Source: Octopus bimaculoides (Eukaryota). Taken from it: DNA of 64,000 nt. The notes beneath the pieces are model-generated. The model was not told where the DNA came from and did not search any database. It saw only the letters and a program-made list of their open reading frames with translations. Location of the stretch: the NCBI RefSeq assembly GCF_001194135.2, contig NC_068985.1, positions 118,490,107 to 118,554,106 on the forward strand. Direction: 5' to 3'. The translations under genes were made by a program, and so were the position numbers. This document shows positions 37,915-50,431 of the stretch, one piece after another (within the stretch, counting starts at the first letter, position 1; each line of letters starts with the position of its first letter).

Positions 37915-38345
37915 AAATGACCTTAACTCTCATCTTGCTCACAACAACTTTGTACCTAGCTTTCCTGGTTTTCATAAGACATTCCCCTACACCTAGTTTT
38001 CTTAGCAACCAGCAGACTACAGTGTGCAATCTTCTGTCAAAGGCTTTTTTTTCTAGATCAGTGAATGTAGGTATAGTAGCTACTCTTAGCTAAAAATGTC
38101 TGTAATTGTCTCACTAGAAAGAGGATATCGGCGATATCCTGCTCTGGCAGAAACTTCACACTGTATCTCAGCTAATTACCTTGCTTGTCAGTTTTGTTAA
38201 AACTTTTCTTGTTACTTTCATAGCTTTGTCTGTCAATTTGATGTGTCTGTAGTTGCTTCTTTTTAGTGCATCTCCTCTGACCTTGTAGCAGTTGATAATG
38301 GCGCCATTTCCCTGTACTCTACATCTACTTTGCTGGATATTTTCA
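37915..38345 (-). mobile_element. RTE LINE reverse-transcriptase fragment (domains 1-3), degenerate
   Basis: INCYKVRGDALKRSNYRHIKL...FTDLEKKAFDR...CWLLRKLGVGECL...SKMRV; similar sequence probably extends to about 38800. Confidence 0.75.
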
Positions 38346-39929
38346 GCATCTCAATGACTATCCCTGAGAGTCTTTGCTGTTGTCTTTGTCCTTGTTCTTA
38401 ATCATGTTTGTGACCCTACAGCCCTTGTGCTGAAAGTCTCCCCACTATACTGTCAGCAATTGCTGCTATCCTAGACTAGTTGTTTTCTTTGTAGGTTGTG
38501 GAATCCACATCTTTTCGTACAGATTTTACTTGGAGTTACTGCTCATCTTGTTTTGCAGTAGTTTGCTCAGAGTGGAGGAAAGGGCTTAAAGTAGATTGTA
38601 GATTTGTTTCTTGCAGATAAAGAGCCAGTTTTTCTCAGATACTTTAGAAGGTCACAGAGTGACTATCAGAGTTGGGAGATCTTTGGGGATTAGTGGGTTC
38701 ATTTGGAGTGGCAAGCTTGCAGTAGTAGACTGGCAGGTTATGGAAATTGGTTCAATGGCAGCAGATTCTACTTGATTTGATAGGGAGTGGAGTGGTCATA
38801 CTATAGACTAGATGCATCTGCAAAGCAGTCGAGAGAGAGAGAGAAGATACTGCTTTACAATAGACCTCAAATAGAGAATGAATGGGATGTAAGAATGCAG
38901 AAGATAGAAATTTACATTCCACCATATTTTGCCTTTCCTTTTTCCTTGTTAGAGGTTGCTTTCATTTAGCATGTACATATTTATTTACCAGCTACAATAA
39001 TTGGGAAATACCATGTAATCTGCTTCTGAAAATTGCCAACCTGGCAAAACCCATCTTCCCCTAGATACATGACAAAATAACATTTGAGCTCATCAGTGGT
39101 TTAAAACCTATATCCATGCAATGAAATTGTATGTACCATTTCATATGCTATTTTAGCTTTTTATTTTTGAGACTCTTTTTAGTTAACCTCTAACCCAGCC
39201 CCATTGAAAGCCATATTATCTTAAGTGTTGTGACACTCTGTTTGCATGAATTAAGAATGAGTTGTTGAAATGAAATCTTTTTGTGAAACAAAGATTTGCT
39301 GTTCCCTATAATGAAATGAGACTGAGAAGATGGAGTTTTAAACACTGTTTATCTTCAAGTCAAGTCTTAAGTTTTGGAAACTTTACTTTGAGGTTATTAT
39401 TCATGTATATATATATATATATATATATATATGGACATATGTATCTACTTTTTTCTTTATGTCTGTACACAAAATATTTGTGTATGTGTAAGGGATTATA
39501 AAGATCCTTGTGCAACTTTACACCCAAGTTTTACTTAGTTGTATTTGATTAAAAATTTGAACAGTAATTCCTTTGTTTTGTTTTTAGTGTGTGTTGCTAG
39601 TCATTAGACCCCTAAAGTTTTAAAGCATTGTATTATCAAATTATCTATAACACACACAAACACACACACGAGCAAGTGTATTAAGAGAATGTATGAGTAA
39701 ATAAATTTCTTGATAAACACTCATTAAATATTAATTAATGATTGTAAATGCTTCTGAGTTTACAATGTCAACTTTTGCTACATGTTTTGATTATTGCCAC
39801 TAGTGTTTGGAAATTCTACGCTGCATCTATTTATATATCATCATCATCATTATCATCACTACCTCCACCATCATCATTGTCTTTATGTCTGTGCTAACAT
39901 GGTTTGGACATATGTTGCAGCCTTTAAAT

Positions 39930-40271
39930 CATCTGCCACAAAATACAAGAGGTTGTACAGTTCTAATTCCCAGAATTAAACTTAGCCCAAGTGATGCAAA
40001 TATTCCATTCACCCTAAACAGACTTCAGTTTCCATTTCGACTTGCATATTCAATGACAATTAATAAGGCGCAAGGGCAAACATTTGCAAAAGTTGGAATA
40101 CATTTGCCTCAACCAGTATTTTCTCATGTCCAATTATATGTCGCCTTTTCAAGAGCACGAGCTACGAACAATATCAAAGTAAGAGTTATAACACTCAATT
40201 GGGATAATAGACAAGGCCAAAAATGTGGTGTGACATACACACAAAATATCGTCTACCATGAAGTACTGTGA
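39930..40271 (+). mobile_element. Helitron Rep/Hel fragment (PIF1-family helicase C-terminus)
   Basis: Open frame VLIPRIKLSPSDANIPFTLNRLQFPFRLAYSMTINKAQGQTFAKVGIHLPQPVFSHVQLYVAFSRARATNNIKV...QNIVYHEVL*, containing the TINKAQGQT and FSHGQLYVAFSR motifs. Confidence 0.92.
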
Positions 40272-41932
40272 GGAAGACCACTGCACCAGCTAGCATCACC
40301 AGCACCCCAGCTGCTCCATCATTACACATCCACATTACACCTTTAAGATCAGGGAACCAGATAGGGGCCCGCTGGATCTCTCTCAGCATACCAGTAAACC
40401 ACAAGATTGCACCAGACAGAACATGTGTGTGTTTGTGTCTGTATTTGTCCCACCACCACCATCATTGCTTGACAACCGATGTTGGTACGTTTGTGTCCCT
40501 GTAATTTAGCTGTTCAGCAGAAGAGACTGATAGAATAAGCACCAGGCTCACAGGGAATAAGTCCAGGGGTCAATTTCTTTGACTAAAAGGTGGTGCTCCA
40601 GCATGGCCACTGTCAAATGATTGAAACAAGTAAAAGAATACCAGAAAAATGTTCCTTACCACTAAACCAAGAAGGTTCTTTGAATATGTACAATGTATTT
40701 TAAGGTTAAATAGTAATTCCGTTTACGTTTGTGGAACTGAGATATTTTGGTTGGATTATATAGTCATTGGTGTTACGTTACTTTCCATATTCTGTAACTG
40801 TCACAATATACTTTTCTAGGCCTGAAATGTTTGTGGGAAGGGGGCCAGTTGATTAGATCGACCTCAGTACACAACTAGTACTTAATTTATGAACCCTGAA
40901 AGGATGAAAGGCAAAGTCGACCTCAATAGAATTTGAACTCAGAATGTAAAGACAGATGGTCATGATATACAAACATTTCTCATGGCACCAGGACACTGTT
41001 TACAGATGCTTATATTTCTCACGGGTCCAGCTAGTTGTTGTTGTTTTTATTATTATTATTATTATAGACACAATAGACTTAAATTTCCATCTACCAAGTT
41101 CACTCACAAGGTTTTGGTGGCCTTGATATAACCATCAGCATTTTAATATCCACACTTCTAAGCTTGCTTGGGTCAAATGAAATTTCTTGAGGCAGATTTT
41201 CTGTGGTTGGGTGTTCACCAGCCCTCATCTGTTTCCAAGTAAGGTAAGTTTTCTCCCAAGTCCTTCAAATACAAACAGCACAATGACCAGACATGTTTAT
41301 AGTTAGCACATGTCAAGACAAACACACATGCATACACACAGACATGCATATATATATATAAATACGATGGACCTATTTCAGTTCCTGTCCACCAAATCCA
41401 CTTACAAGGTTTTGGTTGGCCCAGCGTAATACAAGCAGATGTTTACTCAATTTGCTGTGCAGTGGGACTGAAACCGAAAGCATGTGATAACAATGTTAAT
41501 TTTTTAACTATACAACCATTCCTGCCCTAACAAATATAACATAGTTGGTAATAACTGGAAGTAGGAATTGTCAGGAATTGTTATCTTCTGGTTTCTTTTT
41601 TGAGTTGCTGTGGTCCAGCTTTGAACATCAAGTTGTAATCTTCTCTGCTGAACTGGTACTTGGTTTTATCATTCTGGAAGGCTAGAAAACAAAGATTTTT
41701 ATTTGCATGATGATTAAGAAGGTCACTTTGCAATGACAAGATCTTGGGTTTGGTTGTATTGCTATTGTATGGCTTGGTTGATTGTCGTTTACATAACCTA
41801 GAGTAAACCAAAGCCTTGAGAATTAAATTGAATAGTTTGTATAGCAGGAAACTGCATGGAAGCCTGTTAGATGGTTCCTTGTCACACTGTATCATGCTGA
41901 GCCTTACAGTCAACCCGAGCCTTGTGAATTAA

Positions 41933-42265
41933 CCCATTAGCATTTAAACTGGGCATGTCCGTCCCAAATATTTACTGTATTTTTTCTTCGAACTGGTCAG
42001 TGCTAGCTTTTACTCCTGCCCTACAGTGTCATTTTATAATTAAACAATCATGTAATTGAAATCTCAAGGCTATGAAATAATGCCTGATTAATTTAAAATG
42101 ATGTGAATACATAGGCGCAGGAGTGGCTGTGTGGTAAGAAGCTTGCTTCCCACATACATGGTTCTGGGTTCAGTCCCACTGCATGACACCTTGGGCAAGT
42201 ATCTTCTAAGATAGCCTCAGGCCGACCAAATCCTTGTGATAGATGGCAACTGAAACAAGTTCATC

Positions 42266-42330
<65 letters not shown>

Positions 42331-42604
42331 TGTGTGTGTGTGTGTGTCTCTTTGTGTCTGTGTTTGCTCCCCACCATCACTTGACAACCAGTGTTGGTGT
42401 GTTTATGTCCCCATAACGTAGCAGTTCGGCAAAAGAGACTGATAGAATAAGTACCAGGCTTAGAAGAAAATAAGTACTGGGGGTCGATTCATTTGGCTAA
42501 AAATTCAAGGTGGTGGTCCAGCATGGCCACACTCTACTGACTGAAACAAATAAAAGAAAAGATATAAGTATTGCATTTGATAGGGTAATCTGCATGCTAG
42601 AGGG
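41933..42604. mobile_element. piggyBac-type MITE interrupted by a SINE-A copy (42111-42565)
   Basis: TTAA|cccattagcattt ... tgctagaggg|TTAA; MITE sequence resumes after the SINE tail. Confidence 0.75.
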
Positions 42605-43380
42605 TTAAATAGTTTGGAATCAATCCAAACTATCTAACCCTCTGTGTGGATGCCTGTTGATGGCTTGTAACTGTAATTTGGATGTCCGGACCTTTTCGCA
42701 CTGTATCATGCTGAGTTTGAGAATCATGTGAAGGGGCACATATGCCTATGGAATGTTCAGCTACTTAGACACTTAATTCAATGAGCAAGTGGTTCAGCTG
42801 ATTGAATGACTGAATATTCATCATGGAGGAAATCCATGAAAGGCCATTTATTTACTAACTGTTGAATGCAGGACGTATCCTTTGTCAGCTGTGTGCTGGA
42901 AACCACTGTAACAGCTCAGTCAGTGACTAAGCAAGATCAGTGCTCACTGGGAATATCTTGCTTTGCTCCCCCTGTCATTTTGGCATTTGTGTTATACATT
43001 TTTTTTCTTTTTCTTTTAAGAGATAATTTTGTCTCCCTCTAAAGCTTGATAGCTATCGGTTTCTCCTGAGCCTGTTGTTCTTTATATTCAAGCCAGCCAT
43101 TTGCATTTTCTTTCTTGGTGAATGAACATGCCCATATAAATTACTATATCTGCCATCAGTTTTTAAGCATTCTCAACATTTAAAGATTAATATCCTTTTT
43201 TTTTCCCTTTATGGTGAGCCTGAAGAAATAAACATAGAATTTCTAGGAATATAAAAATAAAAAGGATGGAAAAAAAATCAATTTCATCACCATTTTCGCA
43301 GATGATAGTGTGGGTATTTCTAGTGCAACTGAGCAGACTGCTGCACTGCATATGTTGAACACATAACCACATACATGCAA

Positions 43381-43681
43381 CTAATATATATGTATGTATA
43401 TATATGCATATATGTATGTATATATATGCATATATGTATGTATATATATGCATATATGTATGTATATATATGCATATATGTATGTATATATATGCATATA
43501 TATATGTATGTATATATATGCATATATGTATGTATATATATGCATATATATATGTATGTATATGTATATATATGTATATATATATATATATGTATGTATA
43601 TGTATATATATATGCATATATATATATGCATATATATATATGTATATATATATGTATGTATATATATATGCATATATATAT
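43381..43681. repeat. AT-rich ~20-bp minisatellite (atatatgcatatatgtatgt)n
   Basis: Directly visible; runs into the gap at 43682. Confidence 0.95.
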
Positions 43682-44330
43682 NNNNNNNNNNNNNNNNNNN
43701 NNNNNNNNNNNNNNNNNNNNNNNNNNNNNNNNNNNNNNNNNNNNNNNNNNNNNNNNNNNNNNNNNNNNNNNNNNNNNNNNNNNNNNNNNNNNNNNNNNNN
43801 NNNNNNNNNNNNNNNNNNNNNNNNATTGTTTCAGACATTTGACTGCAGCCATGCTGGAGCACTGGCCTAAAGGGTTTTAGTCAAAGAAATCAACCCCAGG
43901 ACTTATTCCTTGTAAGCCTGGTGCTTATTCTATTAGTCTCTGTTGCTGAACTGCTAGATTATGGGGGACTTAAAGATACCAGCATCAGCTGTCAAGTAAT
44001 GGTGGTGGTGGTGGTGGGGGACAAACACAGACACACACACATGAATATATACATATATATATATATATATATATGACAGACATCTTTCAGTTTTCCATTT
44101 ACCAAACCCACTCACAAGGCCTTGGTTGGCCCAAAGCTATAGTAGGTGCCCAAGGTGTCACACTGGGACTGAACATGCAGCCATATGGTTGGGAAGTAAG
44201 CTTCTTATCACCCGTTCATGCCTATAAAATAAACATACATCTGGATTTATAAATGAAAGGAAAAAATTAGTAGAATTTATATAATTGCAAATTTTAAATT
44301 GAGACGTCAATTCATATTGTATTTTTAAAC

Positions 44331-44374
<44 letters not shown>

Positions 44375-44839
44375 TTTAATTTTTTACTTGTTTCAGTCAT
44401 TTGACTGTGGCCATGTTAGAGCACCGCCTTTTGTCAAACAAATCAACCCCAGGACTTATTCTTTGTCAGCCTAGTACTTATTCTATCGGTCTCTTTTGCC
44501 AAACTGTTACAGGGATATAAACACACCAACATTGGTTGTCAAGTGATGGTGGTGGGGGGGGGGGCAAACACAGACACAAATACATACATACATGTATATA
44601 ATTGTTAAAGAGGACAATGTTTGTTGTCCTCTTTAACAAATGGTGGTGTACTCTGCTGGTTACAATGTGCTTCCAATCCTGTCTTGATTGTGCCATTCTT
44701 TTCCATCTTCACCTAAACTGCTCAACTAGATAGTCTTCCCATCACTGTGAAGGCTTTCTAAGTGGTTTTTTTCTTGGATATCATCCGGTAATGTGTGTAT
44801 AATATACATACACCCATAATATATATATGATATAATATA

Positions 44840-46763
44840 TCATCATCATCATTTCACGTCCATTGTCCATACTGGCATGGGTTGGACGGTTTGACTGGAT
44901 TTGGCAAGCTGGAAGGCTGTACCAGACTCCAGTCTGATTTGGCATGGTTTCTATGGTTGGCTGTCCTTCCTAATGCCAACCACTCCAAGAGTGTAATGGG
45001 TGCTTTTGCAGGCCATCTGCATGACGCTGCTATCTGCAACAACTGCGATTTTGCTCAGCTTGATGGTTCTTCTTCTCAAGCACAACATAATGCCAAGTCT
45101 CAGTTATTGCCTCTGAGAGGGCCAACACTTCGAAGGAGCTCAGCTACTTTGTCTCCCTGAGACCCAATGCTTGAAAGGTGCTTCAAAGGTCTCGGTCATT
45201 GCCTCCATGAGGCCCAACACTTGACAGGTACTTTTTACTTGTCCCTGGCATGGGTGCCAGTTACATGACTCCAGCATCAACCATGACTTCGATTTCACTT
45301 GGCTTGACGGGTCTTTTCAAGCACAGCATATAGCCAAAGGTCTTGGTCACTAGTCATTGCCTCTGTGAGGCCCAAAGTTTGAAGATCATGCTTCACCACC
45401 TTGTCCCATGTCTTCCTGTGTCTACCTCTACCACAGGCTCCCTTCACAATTAGAGATTGGCACTTCTTTACACAGCTGTCCTTGTTCATACGTATCACAT
45501 GACCATACTATTGCAGTCGTCTCTCTTGCACACCACATCCAATGCCACTTAGGCCCAACTTTTCTCTCAAGATGCTTACAATGTTGAACATGCGCACTTA
45601 CATTGTACATCCAGTAAAGCATGGTGGCTTCATTTCTTTCTAGCCTAAGCATGTCCTTGGCTGTCATAGCCTATGTTTCACTGCCATGTAGCATAGCTGT
45701 ATGCACACAGGCATCATACAATCTGCCACTCTGAGAGAGAGGCCCTTTGTTTCCAGCAGAGGTAGGAGCTCTCTGAACTTTACCCAACCTAATCTTATTC
45801 TCACAGCTACACTTTTGGAGCATCCACTTCTGCTCCTAACTTGGTCACCTAGATCAGGGGTTTTCAAACTGTGGTCCGCAAACCACAGGGGTCCGCAAGG
45901 ACAAGACAGGGGGTCCGTGGACAGCAAATACTTTTTATGGGCAATTTGATTTTATATATGTTTTTTAATCGAAATCTTTTAATTGACAATAAACCTATTT
46001 TGTTAAATACTGTTAAATAAATAAATGTAAAAATATATGTTATTTTAAGCAAATATTTATGTATAAATTTCATAAGCGTTTATAAGGGGGTCCCTAAGGT
46101 AAAGCCTGAAATATAAAGGGGGTCCGCAAATCAAAAAGTTTGAAAACCCCCTGACCTAGATAATGGAAGCTATTGTCTACTCACTACCCTGGCAGTTGAT
46201 TGAGTCTATTTTCTGTACATTTTTGGTGTTTATTGTACCTGTGCATCTTCCACATACAAAACACTTACACTGGGTGCATCTTATGGAGGTTCTAGCTACG
46301 CCTTTTCTACAGATCGAGCAGGGCTGTCTACTTGAAGGAATTTGTGATTTGTCTGCCTTTCTACTTACTGTGACTTTGGTTTTTGTTAGGTTAACTCTAA
46401 GGCCCTTTGATTCTAGACCTTGATTCCATACCTGGAACTTCTTCTCTAGTTCTGGTAGTGATTCAGCTGAGCAAGGTCATCATCATAGAGGAGCTCCCAA
46501 GGGTAGCTTGTCTTAAATTCCTCTGTTATTGCCTGGAGGACTATGATAAACAAGAGGGAGCTGAGGACCGACCACTCGTATATCCCTAGCTCTCACCAAC
46601 CACTCGTATATCCCTAGTTCTCGCATTGATCATCAGATAAGGGACCAGGGGAATCTGTCAAAGGTTTTCTCCAATTCAACAAAGGCCAAGTATAGAGGTT
46701 TATCTTTGGCCAGTATTTCTCCTGCAGCTGCCTTACCAGAAATATAGCATCAGTGGTGCTTCT
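44840..46763 (-). mobile_element. Longest RTE LINE copy in the window (RT to 3' UTR), degenerate, interrupted by a hAT MITE
   Basis: LAKDKPLYLAFVELEKTFDR; LLFIIVLQAITEEFKTSYPWELLYDDDL (YADD-like); PCSICRKGVARTSIRCTQCK; AVRIRLGWVKFRELLPLL; GRGRHRKTWDKVVKHDL; (GAT)n tail at about 44840. Confidence 0.9.
45855..46153. mobile_element. hAT (Buster/Charlie-like) MITE inserted in the RTE copy
   Basis: TIRs caggggttttcaaact / agtttgaaaaccccctg; perfect 8-bp TSD acctagat at 45847-45854 and 46154-46161. The RTE reading (FHYLGDQV) is restored on removal. Confidence 0.93.
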
Positions 46764-46779
46764 CCCTGGCACAAAACCA

Positions 46780-46821
<42 letters not shown>

Positions 46822-47236
46822 CATGCATAGATGTGTGGTAAGAAGCTTGCTTCCCAACTATATGGTTCCAGGTTCAGTCTCACTATGTGGCACCTTGAGC
46901 ACCTACTATAGCCTTTGGCTGACAAAGCCTTGTGAGTGGATTTGTTAGATAGAAACTGAAAAATGCCTGTTCTATATTTATATATGTGTATGTGTGTGTG
47001 TTTGTGTGTGTGTCTGTGTGTGCATGTCTTTGTGTCTGTGTTTGTCCCATTTTTCAGCACTTGACAACCGATGTTGGTGTGTTTATGTCCCTGTAGCTTA
47101 GCAGTTCAACAGAGAGACTGATAGAATAACTACTGAGCTTAGAAATAAGTCCTAGGGTCGAATTGTTCGACAAAAACGCTTCAACACAAGTGCTCCAGCA
47201 TGACTGCAGTCAAATGAAACAAGTAACAAAAAAATG

Positions 47237-47285
<49 letters not shown>

Positions 47286-47341
47286 TTTATAAATGTGAAT
47301 AGATGTAGATATACACACATGTTTGTGTGTGTATGTGCATA

Positions 47342-47375
<34 letters not shown>

Positions 47376-47503
47376 AATTATATAGAATAACATATACATC
47401 ATAAGCCAAGAGAAATCCTTTCCAATTTGCAAGTAAGCCCTATATTCTACATGTTTGTATATATATATATTGCTAGGTGCACCTATTTACATATATACAC
47501 ACT

Positions 47504-47559
<56 letters not shown>

Positions 47560-47992
47560 CATTCACATATCTCTCTCGTATTATTCAGCTCAGTAACTGT
47601 TGCTCCAATAATTAATGTTGAATCTGATAGACATCCTGTTGACTCATCTTCTGGAATTCATCTATAAAAGATGTGGGCTTGGAACAGAAGGCATGGAGGG
47701 GTGGGCAGACATATGCATTAACAACACTCCTACCACCACCACCACCACTGCTACTTTTTCCTTCTCCCTCTTCTGTCTCTTGTGCTTTTGATTCCGATCG
47801 TTCTCTGTCATATTTCATTGATAATACAAATCAAATAGATTCCCTCTTTGGAATATTCTAATTTAAAAACTTGAGCCTCAGTTCCTTTGAATTTGTCACA
47901 GATACGTCTCATACTACTCTGTTGTCAGCAATGTCAGCAAATATTCAAGCTCTGTAATAGCATCAGGGGAATGGCTGGGTGAGAGGAACTAC

Positions 47993-48030
<38 letters not shown>

Positions 48031-48079
48031 TTAAGAATTTTTTAAAACATTTATTATTATTGTGAGCATTTTTTCTTGG

Positions 48080-48430
48080 TAGTTTCATGCAGGTTACTCC
48101 TGCATCCCCTGGTGCATCTCCTTGTTCTTGAGGTGTATGCAGCATTGCGTTCTTATTTTGTGGGGATTGGCAGAGTATAGACTCGTCCTATTGGTGTACT
48201 ACACCAGTTTGTTTTGTTATAGGGTTTAGTTTCATGTTTCTTGTTGTACTAGGGTATGTTCTGTTTTGTGTGGTGCGTGTAATGTGAGTTGTGTTATTTT
48301 ATATTTTATTGGGTCTTAGTCCTGTCTGGTATATGTTGCATGAGTTGTGTTGTTTTAGGTTATTAAGTGCTTGTTGTATAGGGTGTGTGAAGAGTGTTCT
48401 ATTGGATTGATAGTATCTTGCATGCGATTA
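48080..48430 (-). mobile_element. Possible Jockey/I-like LINE 3' relic
   Basis: A/C-rich minus strand; YPSTTRNMKLNP recalls HP-TPR--K-TP of Jockey-type ORF2 tails; weak. Confidence 0.3.
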
Positions 48431-48467
48431 TTGTTGTTGTTGCTGTTACTGCTACTGCTGTTGTTAT

Positions 48468-49310
48468 TAAGGTGATGAGCTGGCAGAATCATTACTGCAC
48501 CAGGCAAAATGCCTAGTGGCATTTCTTCTGAGATTATGTTCAGAGTTCAAATTCTGCCAAGATCAACTTTGCCTTTCATCTTTTTCTACTCTAGGCACAA
48601 GGCCCGGAATTTTTGGGGAGGTGGTGAGGGGACAGTCGATTAGATTGACCCAGTATGCAACTGGTATTTAACTTATCGACCCTGAAAGGATGAAAGGCAA
48701 AGTTGATCTTGGCGGAATTTGAACTCAGAATGTAAAGACAGATGAAATACTGCTAAGCTTTTTCACCCGGTGTGCTAGTAATCAACTTAGCACCCAGCCC
48801 ACCAAATTTCAGGCCTTGTGCCTTTTGTAGAAAGGATGATTATCATCATCATTATTATTAGTGCTGTGAATTGGTAGAATCACTAGAGCATCAGATCAAC
48901 CCTAACCTTGCAGTATTTGTTCCAGTTCCTTGTATTCTATTTAAATCTCACCAAGTTCTTTCATCCCCTCCGACACTAAAATTAGCCTTTCATCCCCTCA
49001 GACAATAAAATAAAGTACTCATCAAGTATTTGGGTCAATGTAATCAACCAGCCCCCTAGCTTAAAAATTGCAGACCTCATGCCCAAATTAGAAATAATTA
49101 ATTAAAAAAAAAGCATGGTGGATTGGCAGAATTGTTAGTGACGTACATGCAGATTGATTTGTGTTATTTGTTCTGGCCCTCTTCCTACTGAGTTCAACTT
49201 TGTCTTTCATCCCCTCAGGAGCAATAAAATAAAGCATGAATTAAGTCCTGGGGTTAATGTAATCAGTTAACATCCCTTCCCCAAAAGTTTTTAGCCTTGT
49301 GTCTAGAAAC
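48468..49310. mobile_element. Cluster of about 4 SINE family B copies, including an inverted nested copy (about 48583-48780)
   Basis: Repeated gcagaat...gagttca...ctttcatcc...aagtac...gtaatc...ccttgtgcc units. Confidence 0.75.
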
Positions 49311-50025
49311 AATAATAATAATTTAATTTCATCCCTCTACGTTTCTGAATTCAGTTACCTTTTCATCTCCCTATCAATACCAGTAATATATCATTTCCAA
49401 TCATCTACTGAGGTCAGTATTCATCAACTATAATTAACTATAACACCCCATTGCCTTTCCTTACACAAAAAAAAACAAAAAAACACCAAATTCAGAAATC
49501 ATTTGGCAGAATGGATATAGATACAATCAAACTCCCTTGTGGGATTTTGATATTGGCCTGTATGTGCCAAGTTCAAAATCCCACTTAGAATTCACTTAGT
49601 CTTTCCAGGGTGTATGTAACCAATTACTCTCATTTCTATAATTAAAATTACTTCTGTTGAACTTGTCAGCCCTCCTCTGTTGAGAATTTCCATTCCTAGT
49701 TTAGATGAAGTGACCAATAGAAATTATGAAAATAGACATGGCTATGTTGTTAAGGTACTCACCTTGCAGTAATGTGGTTCCAGGTTCAATCCCACTGTGT
49801 GGCGCTTTGGGCAAATGACTACTATCATAGCCTTGGGTTAACCAATACCCTGCAGGTAAAATAAATTTGGTAGATGGAAGTTGTGCAGTGGCTTGTCACA
49901 CAGGCATACATGCACACAAACCGTGTATAATGGAGATAAATCTACAGTTATATATTTGAAAACCTTAGCTGTAGATAATGCAGAGAATGTAAAAATATCT
50001 TGTAAATAGAAAAATAACCAGGAGT

Positions 50026-50073
50026 CTTCTTATGGATCTGTTTCAGAGATAGTTGTCCCCTCATCAGAAAAGA
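50026..50073 (-). ncRNA. Minimal type I hammerhead-ribozyme relic (Penelope-like-element style)
   Basis: Minus strand: tctttt CTGATGA GGGGA caacta TCTCT GAAAC ag ATC cataaga. Core order is correct and stem II has 5 bp; stems I and III are imperfect. Confidence 0.5.
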
Positions 50074-50357
50074 TGCTCACTTACACTTTGGCTATCTCAA
50101 ACTGATGCATTCGTACAAAAGTAGCCTATATATATATGCTTTACTGTATTAACTCTCTTTATATTGATGACCACTTTGCATTTTGCATTTTAGTTCTGGA
50201 CCCCTTATGGTGTTGTGTGAATATGGTCACAGTCCACCAGTTGAAACCAGTAAAAAAATAAAATAAAGATTTAAAAAAAAAAAAGCATAAAAGTAACTGG
50301 TGTGTGGGCTTGAAAAGATTCAGCCATTGTAACCACAGCTATTTTTTTTTCCAATAG

Positions 50358-50431
50358 CAGCTGTAGACTTGAAAGCCTGTTTTAATGAAGTCCATCTGTG
50401 AGACAAGACAAAGCAGCAGCTGCATATGGTG
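50358..50431 (+). other. Candidate short 5' exon of the tetraspanin transcript
   Basis: ttttttttccaatag|cag acceptor (NAGNAG) and ATGGTG|gtgagt donor; stops in all frames upstream of the terminal ATG. Confidence 0.3.
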
